A DNA stretch of 64,000 nucleotides. It comes from an uncultured cyanobacterium (GTDB taxonomy: Bacteria; Cyanobacteriota; Cyanobacteriia; PCC-6307; Cyanobiaceae). Below, piece by piece: positions 10,732 through 23,352 of this stretch. The notes under the pieces are model-generated. The model did not search any database, had not been told where the DNA came from, and worked only from the letters and a program-made list of their open reading frames with translations. The first letter of the stretch is position 1, and each line of letters starts with the position of its first letter. The stretch spans positions 128,001-192,000 of the forward strand of contig CAVXWZ010000008.1 in the NCBI GenBank assembly GCA_963765575.1, read 5' to 3'. A program made the position numbers and the translations under genes.

Positions 10732-11184
10732 ATGGTGCGCCAGACCCTGCGTGTGCTTGATGTAACCACCCCTGGCGAGGGCTTTACTGACCTCACCGCC
10801 GCCCTCAACCGCGAGATCGCTGCCAGTGGCATGGAACTGGGGGTGGTCACGCTGGTGTGCCAGCACACGAGCGCTTCGCTCACGATCAATGAGAACGCCG
10901 ATCCCCGGGTACTGGACGACCTGGCGGCTTACCTGCATGCCCTGGTGCCGCCGGAGGGGTTCCGCCCCCTGAGCGGCGAGGGTGCGCGTCGCCCCTATGC
11001 CCATGCCGATGAGGGGCCCGACGACATGCCCGCCCACATCCGCACGGCCCTAACCGCCACCAGCCTGAGCCTCTCGTTCCAGCAGGGGCGGATGCTGCTC
11101 GGGATCTGGCAGGCCGTCTACCTCTGGGAGCACCGCCGCGCCGGGCAGCGCCGGCGGCTGAGTGTGCATCTGGTCGGGGCCTAG
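10732..11184 (+). CDS. YjbQ (UPF0047) family protein
   Basis: HTSASLTINENADP, H..EGPDDMPAHIR, LGIWQAVYLWEHR; start could be 10702. Confidence 0.9.
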   Translation: MVRQTLRVLDVTTPGEGFTDLTAALNREIAASGMELGVVTLVCQHTSASLTINENADPRVLDDLAAYLHALVPPEGFRPLSGEGARRPYAHADEGPDDMPAHIRTALTATSLSLSFQQGRMLLGIWQAVYLWEHRRAGQRRRLSVHLVGA

Positions 11185-11357
11185 GGGCATGGCCCCCATC
11201 GCTGGTCCAGTGCCACGGGGAGCTGGCACAGCCAAGTTTGCTGGGTGGGTTGCTCCCTACCCCAACCTGGCTGGCGCCGGGGCCTCAACTGCCGCTGCGG
11301 CGGCAGAGTTTGAGGGCAGCGATCACCGCATCACGGTCACCCTGCGGGCCTGCCGAC

Positions 11358-12856
11358 CTAAGGGGTTGCCGGGATCGGCAGCGTCTTCAGCAGGGGGGTG
11401 ATATCAACCAGTGGATAGGTGCTGTTGCCCCAGCCATCGGGCGGCAGCAGCGGAGGGGCGTTGGCAGCTGGGGCCGCCGCCGCGCCGGCGGCAAAGGCCC
11501 CCTGGGTCCAGGCCAGGAGCAGGGCCCCCAGTGCTCCGCCGCCTTCTTGAACCGTGGCGCGCAGATTGAAATGGGTGCCGCCCTTGGCCAGGACAAGTTG
11601 GTGGCCACCGCCCAGGTTGCGTGCCTCTCCAGCGACGGGGATCAGGGCTTCAGGGCCAGAGGGAACGACCCAGTCCCGGGTGCCGGTGACCATCAGCACC
11701 CGGGCATTCATGTTGCTGGCTGCCCCCACATCGAACAGCAGCGAGGTGGGTGGGCTCACGGCCATCACCGCCTTGATGCGGGGATCGGCCTTGCCTGCCC
11801 GGTTCGCGGTCTTCAGGAAGCTGCACTGGAGCACCCAGCTGAGATTGTGGGCCGGATTGCCCAGGCCCGGGCAGCGCTCGATGATCCGGGCATCGCTGGG
11901 CTGCGGGCGGCGGCCGCATCAATGGACGCCGAGATGTCCATGGGCCGCAGGATGAGGTCTTCCGGGCTGGGCGGCGGCACCTCGCCGGCGAGCATGGCCC
12001 GTTGCTGGCTGAGGTCGCTGCCGGGGTGGCGGGGAATCAAGACCGTGTAGCCGTGGCTGGCCAGGTGCTGGGCCCAGCCTTCGAAACTCTCGGGAGCGTC
12101 CCAGAGCCCATGGGAGATCACCACCAGCCGGCCATTGGCGCCTGCGCTGGGCACCACCGTCACGATCGAGAGCGGCTGGGGCCTGAAACTCACCGGCACG
12201 GTCTGTTGGGCACGCCTGATGCCCTTGGGGCCAGGCTGGGCGAGGGCGGGATTGCTGGTGGTCGCTGAGATCTGCTGCACCAGCTGGTTGGCTTGGGCCT
12301 GCTGGCGGGCGAGTTGGTTCAGTCCCGACACGGCTTTCTGCAGGTCCACCGTGGCCGACTCCCCCGGGATTGCCTCCAGCACATCCAGCAGGGTGGGCGG
12401 CCCTTGCCCAGCAGCTCAGTCTAAGACGGCGGCCAGCTCCTGGCTGTCGAGCTGCTGCGGCACTCCTTGCACCTGAAACAGCGTCGCCAGGAGCATCAAG
12501 GCCTCGTTCAGCAGCGGGGATCCCACCGATGTGTCGGCAAAGCGCTTCACCTCCAGGGGCAACGGCGTGTTCATCAGATTCACCAATTTGCGGCCCACGG
12601 CTCCATTGGTGGCCTGATCCAACTCGGCCAGATCACCGTGGCCACTCAACAGGGGCTCCGATTGACGCAAGTCCGCCAGTTGCAACGTGAAACTGGTGTC
12701 CAGCAAAGGAAAAGGCACCACAATCTGTTCGAGGGCCCGGGCCGGAGCGCCCAGCGCCAGCAGCAGCAAGGTGCCGCAGCCCACGGCGACCGAATGGTGC
12801 CGCTGGGCGCGTTGCCGCATCCATCCCAACGACGCCTGAAGGAGTGGGGGGAGCAT
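11358..12856 (-). pseudogene. DUF1400 + alpha/beta-hydrolase pseudogene
   Basis: In-frame TGA at 12416-12418 (LD*AAGQGPPTLLDVLEAIPG); frameshift near 11905 where the GHSxG segment is missing; retains VVISHGL, HPGSD, RPMDIS, NLSWVLQC, GGTHFNL. Confidence 0.85.
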
Positions 12857-13368
12857 TGGCGGAATGGGGCCGGGTTGCGGTGGGAACTCGTCCCGAGCCA
12901 AGCATCATGCCCCCAGTGGCCGTGAAGCCCACGGAATTCAACGTTGCCTTTTGAATGGGCAAGCGATGTCTCTTTTCGATGCTCCTGATTTCTGGCAGCT
13001 GGATCAGCTCCAGGCTGTGCAGGTCACCATCAGCCCCAAGCTTGTGGAACCCTTTCGATCCATCAGCCAGCAACCTGGATGTCGGAAGATTGGTCTACAG
13101 ATGTGCAGAACGCGTCGGCGCTCAGGAGCGGGGGGCGTTCAGCACGATCTGCTCAAGCATGCGGGCTGGGGCGCCAGCTCACGGTGACTGGAGCGAGGAA
13201 CGACGTTGTGCTTACAGGACGCCGAGGGCCATCGAGGGCAAGCGGCTGGCGGTGGGCCAGTCACGCCCTTGATCATCCCGACGATGGCGGCATGGGAGCC
13301 CTGGGGCGGAGCCACGAATCGGGCCTACGTTGCCAGCAGCCACCCGGGCCCGTCCGCCGTCTCTGCCC

Positions 13369-13725
13369 ATGCCCCGTTCCCTGCTGACCACCTGCCTGGC
13401 CTCCCTGCTGTGCGGCTGGGGCCTGTCAATGCTTCCGCTGCAGGCACAGCCAGCCGACGCCGAAGGCGCTCAAGCGCCGCAACCGATCGCCCAGCCGACA
13501 CCCCAGCCTCTGACGGGCAGCGAAACCTACACCTCATTGATTTCCGAGGTGGATGCCTGCAACCGCGCCCAGATGTTGAGGCCCAGCACCTCGATCGTCA
13601 CCGCCATGCACTACCAGCGCTCCGGCGAGGCCGGCGAGCGCAGCGTCACCTGCCGCATCGACTGGAGCGAGGCTGACGATGCCGAGCCCACCCGACGTCC
13701 GATCCTGTTTGGCCCCAGCGCCTGA
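13369..13725 (+). CDS. Secreted hypothetical protein
   Basis: ATG, signal peptide (..LPLQA), Pro/Gln linker, two Cys in the mature part. Confidence 0.55.
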   Translation: MPRSLLTTCLASLLCGWGLSMLPLQAQPADAEGAQAPQPIAQPTPQPLTGSETYTSLISEVDACNRAQMLRPSTSIVTAMHYQRSGEAGERSVTCRIDWSEADDAEPTRRPILFGPSA

Positions 13726-13793
13726 ACCGCAGCACCTGCAGCCCAGCGCCCGAGTGGGCCAGCATGGTGGGCCCTGAACCCTCAGCCTCAGCC

Positions 13794-14081
13794 ATGGCCG
13801 CCACCCCCCTCACCCCAGAGCAGATCAACGCCCTGCCCTCCACCCTGCAGGCCTGGAGCCTGGAGGGCGGCAAGCTCCACCGCGAGCTGAGCTTCGCCGA
13901 CTTCAGCGAGGCCTTCGGCTTCATGGCCCAGGTGGGCCTGGCGGCTGAAGCGATGGGCCATCACCCCGAATGGAGCAACGTGTGGAACCGGGTGACGATC
14001 GACCTCACCACCCACGACACCGGCGGCCTCTCCAACCTGGATGTGCAGCTGGCCCAACGCATCGATCAGCTGGCGGGTTGA
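13794..14081 (+). CDS. phhB: Pterin-4-alpha-carbinolamine dehydratase
   Basis: [34 protein letters not shown]. Confidence 0.92.
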   Translation: MAATPLTPEQINALPSTLQAWSLEGGKLHRELSFADFSEAFGFMAQVGLAAEAMGHHPEWSNVWNRVTIDLTTHDTGGLSNLDVQLAQRIDQLAG

Positions 14082-14085
14082 TCCC

Positions 14086-15060
14086 TCAGGCCAGCCCCAC
14101 CAGGCGCTCGCTGACCTCCCACAGCGCTGCGGCCAGGTCGTCGTTGCGGGCCTCGCTGCTGGGCTCTACCGCCTCGAAGCGCCGCCGGCCCGGCCCCAGC
14201 ACCCGGTTGCTCCAGTAGCGGAAGCCACCAGCGTCGTGGACTGGATCGCTGGCCAGGGAGGCCAGCAGGCTTCCGGCAACCGCCACCGTTTCGGTGAGGC
14301 GCAGGAGATCCCGGGCCACCAGGGCGAACAGACGCTGAGCGACCTCGTTGTGCTGCCGGCTGCTGCGGAAAAAGCCCCCGCTCTGCCGCGGGATCACCAG
14401 CCCAGGGCTCCAGGCGATCACCGGCCAGGGGAGTTGCTGCTGCTGCAGGCGCCGCGCCAGCTGGCGGGCAAACAGCACGTTGCAGAGCTTGCTGTCCTTG
14501 TAGGCCTTGTCGGCATCGAAGGCCGACACCCCATCCACCATCGTGAAGCCAGCTCCCTGGCGCAGCCCGGCCAGATCACCGAGGCCGGCGGGGGCTCCCA
14601 CCCGGCCTCCGGGGCTGGCCGGATCGTGCACCTCCGAGGCCGTGATCACCAGGCGTGGCTCCCGTCCGGCCCGCAGCAGGGGCAGGAGCTGTTGGCCCAG
14701 GAGCTGGTGGGCCAGGTGGTTCACGGCCACCGTGAGTTCATGGCCCTGGGCCGAGCGCCGGGGGGCGCGGGCGCCGGCATCTTGAAGGCCCGCGTTCAGC
14801 ACCACGGTGTCCAGGGGATCGCCGCGGCGCAGCAGCGCGCTGGCGCAGTGGGACACGCTGTCCAGATCGGCCAGGTCGCACACGGGGGTGGCGACCTCGC
14901 GCCCGGTTTCGCCGGCGATCCGCTCAGCGGTGGCGCTGGCCCGCTGCCGATCGCGGCAGGGCAGCACCAGCCGGTGACCGGCGCGGGCGAGCTGCAGGGC
15001 TGCCTGCTGACCGATGCCGGAGCTGGCGCCGGTGATCAGGATGTGGCGGCAGCTGGTCAT
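14086..15060 (-). CDS. SDR oxidoreductase, protochlorophyllide reductase (POR)-like paralog
   Basis: ILITGASSGIG, NAG, VNHLAH, AYKDSKLCN; TGATG coupling with the upstream EamA gene. Confidence 0.85.
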   Translation of the reverse strand: MTSCRHILITGASSGIGQQAALQLARAGHRLVLPCRDRQRASATAERIAGETGREVATPVCDLADLDSVSHCASALLRRGDPLDTVVLNAGLQDAGARAPRRSAQGHELTVAVNHLAHQLLGQQLLPLLRAGREPRLVITASEVHDPASPGGRVGAPAGLGDLAGLRQGAGFTMVDGVSAFDADKAYKDSKLCNVLFARQLARRLQQQQLPWPVIAWSPGLVIPRQSGGFFRSSRQHNEVAQRLFALVARDLLRLTETVAVAGSLLASLASDPVHDAGGFRYWSNRVLGPGRRRFEAVEPSSEARNDDLAAALWEVSERLVGLA

Positions 15061-15956
15061 CAGGCGAGTGCTCCCCAGAGCACGGTGGCGGCGCCGAGCA
15101 GCATCAGCGCTGCGGCCCCAAGACGGCGCAGCCCATCCCGTTCCCCCAGGGCAAAGACGCCGGCGCTGCTGCCCATCAAGGTGCTCAGCCGCTTGATGGT
15201 GATCACGTGCACCACATCGGTCTGGCGGATTGCCTCCATCTGCAGCACCGTACCGGCGGCGCCAGCCAGGGCCGCCAGGATCAGGGCCAGGGCGAGAGCC
15301 GGCGCAAGCCCGCTGGGCCGGACAACCCTTCGGGATCGCTGTCCAGCCGACAGGCCCAGCAGGCTGATGCCGATGCTCAGCTGCAGCGCCAGCACCCAGG
15401 CCACGCTGCCACCGGCGTTCACCCCCAGTTTGTCGACACTGGCGCCCACCCCCCAGAGCAGGGCCACCAGCAGCATCGACCGGCAGCCCGGGCTGGCCCA
15501 GAGCGTGCCGAGCCCCAGGCCCGGCTTGCCCCTGGGGCGTCCCAGCAGCAAGGCGCCCAGCACCAGCAGCGCCACCCCCAGGACGGCCAGGGGGCCGGGC
15601 CGCTCCCCCAGCACCAGCCAGCCCGCCAGCAACAGGGCCAGCGGCGAGAGGTTGATCAGGGGCAGCACCAGGCTGAGGTCTTCCCGGGCGATGGCGCGGC
15701 CGTAGCACCAGAAGGCGAGGGCATTGAGGCTGCCGCCCAGCAGCAGGGCGGCGGCGAAGGCGGGCCCATCGATCAGCACAGGCTGGCTGAGCGCCAGCGG
15801 CAGCAGCAGCAGGCCCGCCAGGGCACTGCTCAGGCCAATCACCCGCAGGGTGCTCCAGCCACCGTCGCGCAGCACCATCCGCAGGCTGAGATCGCGCCCG
15901 GTTTCGCCGATGGCCGTGCCCAGCGCCAGCCACACCCAGGGCACCTCGCTCAGCAT
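15060..15956 (-). CDS. EamA/DMT family transporter
   Basis: About 10 hydrophobic helices with duplicated LGE motifs; DLSLVLPLINLSP. Confidence 0.85.
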   Translation of the reverse strand: MLSEVPWVWLALGTAIGETGRDLSLRMVLRDGGWSTLRVIGLSSALAGLLLLPLALSQPVLIDGPAFAAALLLGGSLNALAFWCYGRAIAREDLSLVLPLINLSPLALLLAGWLVLGERPGPLAVLGVALLVLGALLLGRPRGKPGLGLGTLWASPGCRSMLLVALLWGVGASVDKLGVNAGGSVAWVLALQLSIGISLLGLSAGQRSRRVVRPSGLAPALALALILAALAGAAGTVLQMEAIRQTDVVHVITIKRLSTLMGSSAGVFALGERDGLRRLGAAALMLLGAATVLWGALA

Positions 15957-16020
15957 CGCCGAACCGTGCCAGCCCAGGGGCGGGCCTGCCACGAGGCCAG
16001 GAGTCGGCGCGGGTTGCGTG

Positions 16021-16563
16021 GTGAGTGCTGAGTCATTGGCGCCCGCAGCGGCCCCCAGCATCGGCGGCGTGCCGCTCAGCCCCAAGCCGCTGCAAGCGCT
16101 GGGGCCGCCCGAGTTCGAGACGTTGGAGCAGGAGCGCCGCTATCGCCAGGAGCAGCTGGTGGCGGCTGAAAGTGAGCGACCTGCTGCTGGTGAACCACAG
16201 CGGCGAGGTGGTGATCGGCCACTGGCCGCCGCCCATGCCCAGGCGCCCCATGGCCGGGCCTTCTCCAGCCTGGGCCGGCTGCTGGACCCGCTCAACCAGC
16301 ACAGCTGCCTGTTTTTCGACGACCACGTGCTGGTGCACGAGGACGGGGGCAAGGTGGTGTTGGGGGAGGAGGCCGGACGCCGCTTCGCCGCCGCCTTCAG
16401 CGATGGCAAGGCGGCGATTCAGCAGAACCACGGCCTGTTCACGGTGGCCCCACGGTGGATGAGGCCGCCGGCGCCCCCCGGCCGCACGCCCCTGGCGGGC
16501 TGGCTCAACGTCCAGACCCTCAATGAACAGGTGGTGGAGACGGAGCCCGATCTGTTCGATTGA
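16021..16563 (+). pseudogene. Class II aldolase/adducin family pseudogene
   Basis: Fragments in alternating frames: PPEFETLEQERRYRQEQL, KVSDLLLVNHSGEVV, AAHA..HGRAFSSLGRLLDPL, NHGLFTV, VDEAA, AGWLNVQTL..EPDLFD; several internal segments missing. Confidence 0.8.
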
Positions 16564-17617
16564 GCTCAGCCGGGTTTCCGTGGCCGCCGGGAAGCTCCAG
16601 CTCCAGCAGCCAGCGCTGCCAGGCCTCGAGGCCATCGGCCGGGTCCAGCCACTGCTGGCGCAGCAGGCACCAGTCGGCCCAGGCGGCATCGGCCTGGTGC
16701 CGCCAGTGGGCTGACAGCTCAGGCAGTTGGCGATCGAGGCGGCCCTTGAGCTGCCGCTTCAGCAGGTCGCGCCAGATCACCAGATCCTGCAGCAGGCCCA
16801 GGCTGGTCTGGGTCTGCTTGAGGATCAGCAGCCGATCGCGCAGATCCGGCTTCAGGGCCTCCAGCAGCTCGAGCTGATAGCGCAGGCGCTTGAAGGCCTT
16901 GCGCAGCTCGTGCTGCTGGCACTCCTGGTGGCTGCTCGGCTGCGGGCGATCGCCATGGCCCCAGCCCGGATGCAGCCGCAGAGCGGCCAGCTGGCGGATC
17001 AGGCTGGCCCGCAGCAGCGGCAGGGCGGCGCGATGGCGAGCAGCGCCCTCTGCCTCGCCGCCCTCTGCCTCGCCGCCAGGCGCCTCGACGGCTGCCAGTT
17101 GAGACGGAGCGCTGAGTCGCTGGTGGGGTGGCTGCCTGATGCGCTGGGCGAGCTTGAAGCGGGCCCGGTCGCGGCGTTTCTGGAGCCGGCAGACCAGGCG
17201 ACGCAGTCGCTTGCGCTCAGTCCCATCGAGGCCATGGCGCTGCTCCTCCAGCGCTTCCAGCAGCACATCGAGGTCGCGCACGCTGCCGGCCGCGCTGGCC
17301 AGCTGGCGTAGGTGCTTGGGCTTCGGACCCCGCCAGTGCTGGGGAAAGGCCTCGGCCATCGAGCGCAACCGGCGCAGTCCAGTGCGCAGCTGGTGCACGT
17401 GCTCACGATCGCTGGCCTGTTCATCGCCGGCCTGCCCAGCTGCGGCAGCCGGCGTGGCCGGGTGGCGCACGGCCTTGATGCGGTCCTGGAGTCCGCGCTG
17501 GAGGTGGGTGCGGCGCCACTCCAGCAGGGACTCCAGGGCGTGGTCAGCGGCCAGGGCGACGTCGGTGTTCTTGCCGCTCGCCGCCTGGGTGTGGCTGCGA
17601 TCGCCCTGCGCCGCCAT
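16520..17617 (-). CDS. CHAD domain protein (polyphosphate-binding)
   Basis: EHVHQLRTGLRRLRS, VRDLDV, HELRKAFKRLRY, LGLLQDLV. Confidence 0.9.
   Translation of the reverse strand: MAAQGDRSHTQAASGKNTDVALAADHALESLLEWRRTHLQRGLQDRIKAVRHPATPAAAAGQAGDEQASDREHVHQLRTGLRRLRSMAEAFPQHWRGPKPKHLRQLASAAGSVRDLDVLLEALEEQRHGLDGTERKRLRRLVCRLQKRRDRARFKLAQRIRQPPHQRLSAPSQLAAVEAPGGEAEGGEAEGAARHRAALPLLRASLIRQLAALRLHPGWGHGDRPQPSSHQECQQHELRKAFKRLRYQLELLEALKPDLRDRLLILKQTQTSLGLLQDLVIWRDLLKRQLKGRLDRQLPELSAHWRHQADAAWADWCLLRQQWLDPADGLEAWQRWLLELELPGGHGNPAELNRTDRAPSPPPVH
17046..17075. repeat. 15-bp tandem duplication in the CHAD linker (GEAEG x2)
   Basis: ccctctgcctcgccg x2. Confidence 0.8.
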
Positions 17618-17634
17618 CGACCCCGCTCCAGGCC

Positions 17635-20307
<2,673 letters not shown>

Positions 20308-20350
20308 GCGTGGACCTCCCGGTGGTCGTTGGCGGTGATGGCTTCAACTC

Positions 20351-20457
20351 ACGGTATGGATCCCGCCTGGCCCTGACACCCCGGCAGACCGAATGGTTGG
20401 GTACGGTGCTCCCCCCACGGTCGTGCGCACCGCCCGCCCACTGGCGGAGAACCGACC
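20351..20457 (-). promoter_or_regulatory. clpB promoter region with K-box/Rre1-like CGG-N4-CC elements
   Basis: Candidate -10 TACCGT (20351-20356, minus strand); CGGCAGACCGAAT 20382-20394, GTACGGTGCTCC 20401-20412, CGGAGAACCGACC 20445-20457. Confidence 0.45.
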
Positions 20458-20518
20458 CGGCCGACCGCCGCCGCGGCCATGATGGGCGGCCGCAAGCCCT
20501 TGCCCCCAGCCGCAGCCC

Positions 20519-20728
20519 ATGGACGCCAGCGAGCAGACCCTGATCGACCAGCTGGCCCGGGCCTCGCTGGAGTTCGATGCCACCGGCGCCGATCCCGAGC
20601 GCAACTGCTGGATGGCGGTGCACCGCCATGTGCATGGGGTGCTGCCGAGTGAATACGACATCCGCGAGGTGCCGGAAGAGCTCTACCTGGCGGTGCTGGA
20701 TGCCCGCCGGGCCCTCGCCCGTCCATGA
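20519..20728 (+). CDS. Small conserved hypothetical protein (69 aa)
   Basis: ATG ORF with host-like codon usage; DPERNCWMAVHRHVHGVLPSEYDIREV. Confidence 0.7.
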   Translation: MDASEQTLIDQLARASLEFDATGADPERNCWMAVHRHVHGVLPSEYDIREVPEELYLAVLDARRALARP

Positions 20729-20753
20729 AAAAACCCCGGCTTTGGCCGGGGTT
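20728..20753 (-). terminator. Intrinsic terminator after petJ
   Basis: AACCCCGGC-TTTG-GCCGGGGTT stem with a flanking A-run. Confidence 0.8.
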
Positions 20754-20797
20754 CAGGAGTTGCTGGGGGAGCAGAGAGCCTGGTGATCAGGAGATGA

Positions 20798-21139
20798 TCA
20801 GGCCCAGCCCTTGGCGGCCATTTCGTCGACGTAGGCGGCCACGTCGGCGATGTCGGCATCGCTCAGCTTGCCCAGGAAGGCGGGCATGGCGTTGCGGCCG
20901 TTGGAGACCTGATAGGCGATGGCAGCCACGTGGTCGTCGCCATAGCCGGTGAGGTAGGCCTCGAGGGCCTCTTTCTTGAGGGTGCGTTCGGCGTTGACCA
21001 CGTTGCCGCCGCCCATGTGGCAGGCGGCACAGTTGGCCGAGAAGATCTGGCCGCCATGGGCCACGTCGGCGGCATAGCTGGGAGCAGCGCCCAGCACCAA
21101 CGCCAGACACAGAGCAATCAAAGAGAGGAATCGGCGCAT
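20798..21139 (-). CDS. petJ: Cytochrome c6
   Basis: Signal peptide, FSANCAACH heme motif, GRNAMPAF axial Met, DVAAYV; this is the 3' part of the 20798-21925 ORF. Confidence 0.95.
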   Translation of the reverse strand: MRRFLSLIALCLALVLGAAPSYAADVAHGGQIFSANCAACHMGGGNVVNAERTLKKEALEAYLTGYGDDHVAAIAYQVSNGRNAMPAFLGKLSDADIADVAAYVDEMAAKGWA

Positions 21140-21210
21140 GGAAGGGCGCTTGAAATCAGAGTCGTCCCGGCAAACGTAAACGCTGGCTGCGGCCTGGTGC
21201 TCTCGGATGC

Positions 21211-22269
21211 TCAGCTTCGAAACATTTGCCACAGCCGCGCTCCCAGCCGCCGCCGTCGGGGCAGGCCCGCGTCGGCGAACACCGCCTCGAGGCTGGGGGC
21301 ATGGCTCACCAGGCCGAAGCGCTCCGGCGGGCTGATGGGCTCGTGCACGAAGTGCCGCTGGCCGATTGAAAAGCGGTCCCAGGGGGTGACCTCCAGGCGC
21401 AGCAGGCGGATCAGGCTCTCCACCAACCAGGGGGTGATCTCGAACCCGCAGGGCGGCAGCCAGCAGCCGCGCCAGCGCCCCAGGCGGCGCACCGTGGCGT
21501 TCACGCTCAGCGCTGGCTGACCCAGCACCAGGCGCCGCACCCGCCCCTGGCCGGGCTCGGGATTGCTGCCCTGGGGCTGCCCGACCAGGTGCAGACACAC
21601 CCGGGCGATGTCGGCGGCATGGATGAAATGGAAGCTGGCCTCCACCCGCAGCCATGGCGCCAGCCACAGCCAGCGGCAGGCCTCCGCCAGGCCGGCGGTG
21701 AGATAGCTGGTGGGGAAGGGCCCAGCCCCATCCACCCGTCCGCCGAACACCAGGGTGGGGAAGAGGGCCACGATCCGATCCGCCAGCGGATGGTCCTCCA
21801 GCTGCTGCAGGCAGAGGGCTTTGGTCTGGATGTACTCGGTGCCCTGGCTGAGGGCCTCGGGCAGCAGCCGCAGCTGGCGGTCGAGCACCGAGGCGGTGGA
21901 GAAATAGATCACCTGCTCCAGCCATTCGGGGCTGGTGAAGGCCAGCAACTGCTTCACCGCCACCACGTTCACGGCCATGGCCCGCTGTGGATCTCCCCAG
22001 GCCGTGGCGGTGTGGATCACCCGGGTGGCGCTGGCGATGGCGCCGGCGTGGCGGTCCAGTTCGCGCAGATCTCCCACCAGCACCGTGATGCGCGGATGGT
22101 TGCGGGGAACCGCCGTGAGCTTGGCCGGATCGCGCACCAGCAGCAGCAACTCAGCGCTGGTGTCCTGGAGCAGTAGCTGGGCGATGTGCTGGCCCACGCA
22201 ACCGCTGGCCCCGGTGATCAGGATGCGCTCAGGTCGGCGCCGCACCCCGGTGCCCGAGGCTGCGCTCAA
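21211..22269 (-). CDS. NAD-dependent epimerase/dehydratase
   Basis: [29 protein letters not shown]; overlaps hemE stop. Confidence 0.9.
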   Translation of the reverse strand: MSAASGTGVRRRPERILITGASGCVGQHIAQLLLQDTSAELLLLVRDPAKLTAVPRNHPRITVLVGDLRELDRHAGAIASATRVIHTATAWGDPQRAMAVNVVAVKQLLAFTSPEWLEQVIYFSTASVLDRQLRLLPEALSQGTEYIQTKALCLQQLEDHPLADRIVALFPTLVFGGRVDGAGPFPTSYLTAGLAEACRWLWLAPWLRVEASFHFIHAADIARVCLHLVGQPQGSNPEPGQGRVRRLVLGQPALSVNATVRRLGRWRGCWLPPCGFEITPWLVESLIRLLRLEVTPWDRFSIGQRHFVHEPISPPERFGLVSHAPSLEAVFADAGLPRRRRLGARLWQMFRS

Positions 22270-23324
22270 GCAGCGGCTCCGAGCAGCTCGCTCACCGCCT
22301 TGCCGGTTTCAAAGAACACGCGGGCGTTGTCTTCCGGGGTGCCCGGCAGGATGCCGTGGCCGAGGTTGAGGATGTGGCGGCGGCCGCGGGCCTTGCGCAC
22401 CGTGTCGAGGATGCGCGCGCGGATCCCCTCCGGGGTGCCGAACAGCAGGCCCGGATCCACATTGCCCTGCACGCCGAGGTGCTCGGGCAGCCGGGCGCAG
22501 CCGTCGGCCATGTCCACGGTCCAGTCCAGGGAGATGAAGTCCACCCCGGTGCTGGCCATGCGCTCGAGCACGCCGGCGCTGCCGGAGATGTAGAGGATCA
22601 GGGGGGTGTCGGGGTGGGTGGCCTTCACCTGATCGATCACCCGCTTCTGGTACGGGGCGGCGAACAGGTCGTAGTCGATCGGGCTCAGCTGTCCGGCCCA
22701 GGAATCGAACAGCTGCACCACCTGGGCCCCCGAATCGATCTGGTAGCGCACGTAGGTGGCGATCGCATCGGCCAGGTGGCCCAGCAGCTGGTGCAGCAGC
22801 GCCGGCTCCTGGAAGGCCATCGCCTTGATCACGGAGTAGGTCTTGGAGCTCTTGCCCTCCACCGCGTAGGCGGCCAGGGTCCAGGGAGCCCCCACGAAGC
22901 CGAGCACGGCGGCGGCGTTGCCCACATCGGCCCGCAGCCGGCCCAGCACCTCGCCCACGAACGGCAGCGCCTCGGCCGGATTGAGGGGCCGCAGGGCATC
23001 CACCTGGGCCTGGCTGCGGATGGCGGGCTCGATCACGGGCCCCTTGCTCTCGATGATGTCGAAGTCGATGCCGATCCCCGGCAGGGGCGTGAGGATGTCG
23101 GAGAACAGGATCACCCCGTCGGGCTGGAAAGCCCGGAACGGCTGCATCGAGATCTCGTAGGAGAGATCGGGATTCTCCGAGCGCTCGCGGAAGCCCGGAT
23201 GGCGGTCGCGCAGGTCGCGGTAGACCTTCATGTAACGCCCCGCCTGGCGCATCATCCACACCGGCGGCCGCTCCACCTGCTCACCTCGGGCGGCGCGCAG
23301 CAGCAGGGGAGCGGTTTCGGCCAT
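22266..23324 (-). CDS. hemE: Uroporphyrinogen decarboxylase
   Basis: [41 protein letters not shown]. Confidence 0.97.
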   Translation of the reverse strand: MAETAPLLLRAARGEQVERPPVWMMRQAGRYMKVYRDLRDRHPGFRERSENPDLSYEISMQPFRAFQPDGVILFSDILTPLPGIGIDFDIIESKGPVIEPAIRSQAQVDALRPLNPAEALPFVGEVLGRLRADVGNAAAVLGFVGAPWTLAAYAVEGKSSKTYSVIKAMAFQEPALLHQLLGHLADAIATYVRYQIDSGAQVVQLFDSWAGQLSPIDYDLFAAPYQKRVIDQVKATHPDTPLILYISGSAGVLERMASTGVDFISLDWTVDMADGCARLPEHLGVQGNVDPGLLFGTPEGIRARILDTVRKARGRRHILNLGHGILPGTPEDNARVFFETGKAVSELLGAAA

Positions 23325-23352
23325 TGAGCAGCTGTGGCGGGCGTTCTGGAAC

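Noticed and set aside
12416..12418. Selenocysteine or readthrough at this TGA (and pyrrolysine at TAG 63131)
   Set aside because: Both genes have additional inactivating deletions, and the positions are not catalytic Cys sites
20798..21925. 375-aa ORF suggesting a cytochrome c6 fusion
   Set aside because: Only the last 113 codons are PetJ; the rest is an alternate frame of the epimerase gene
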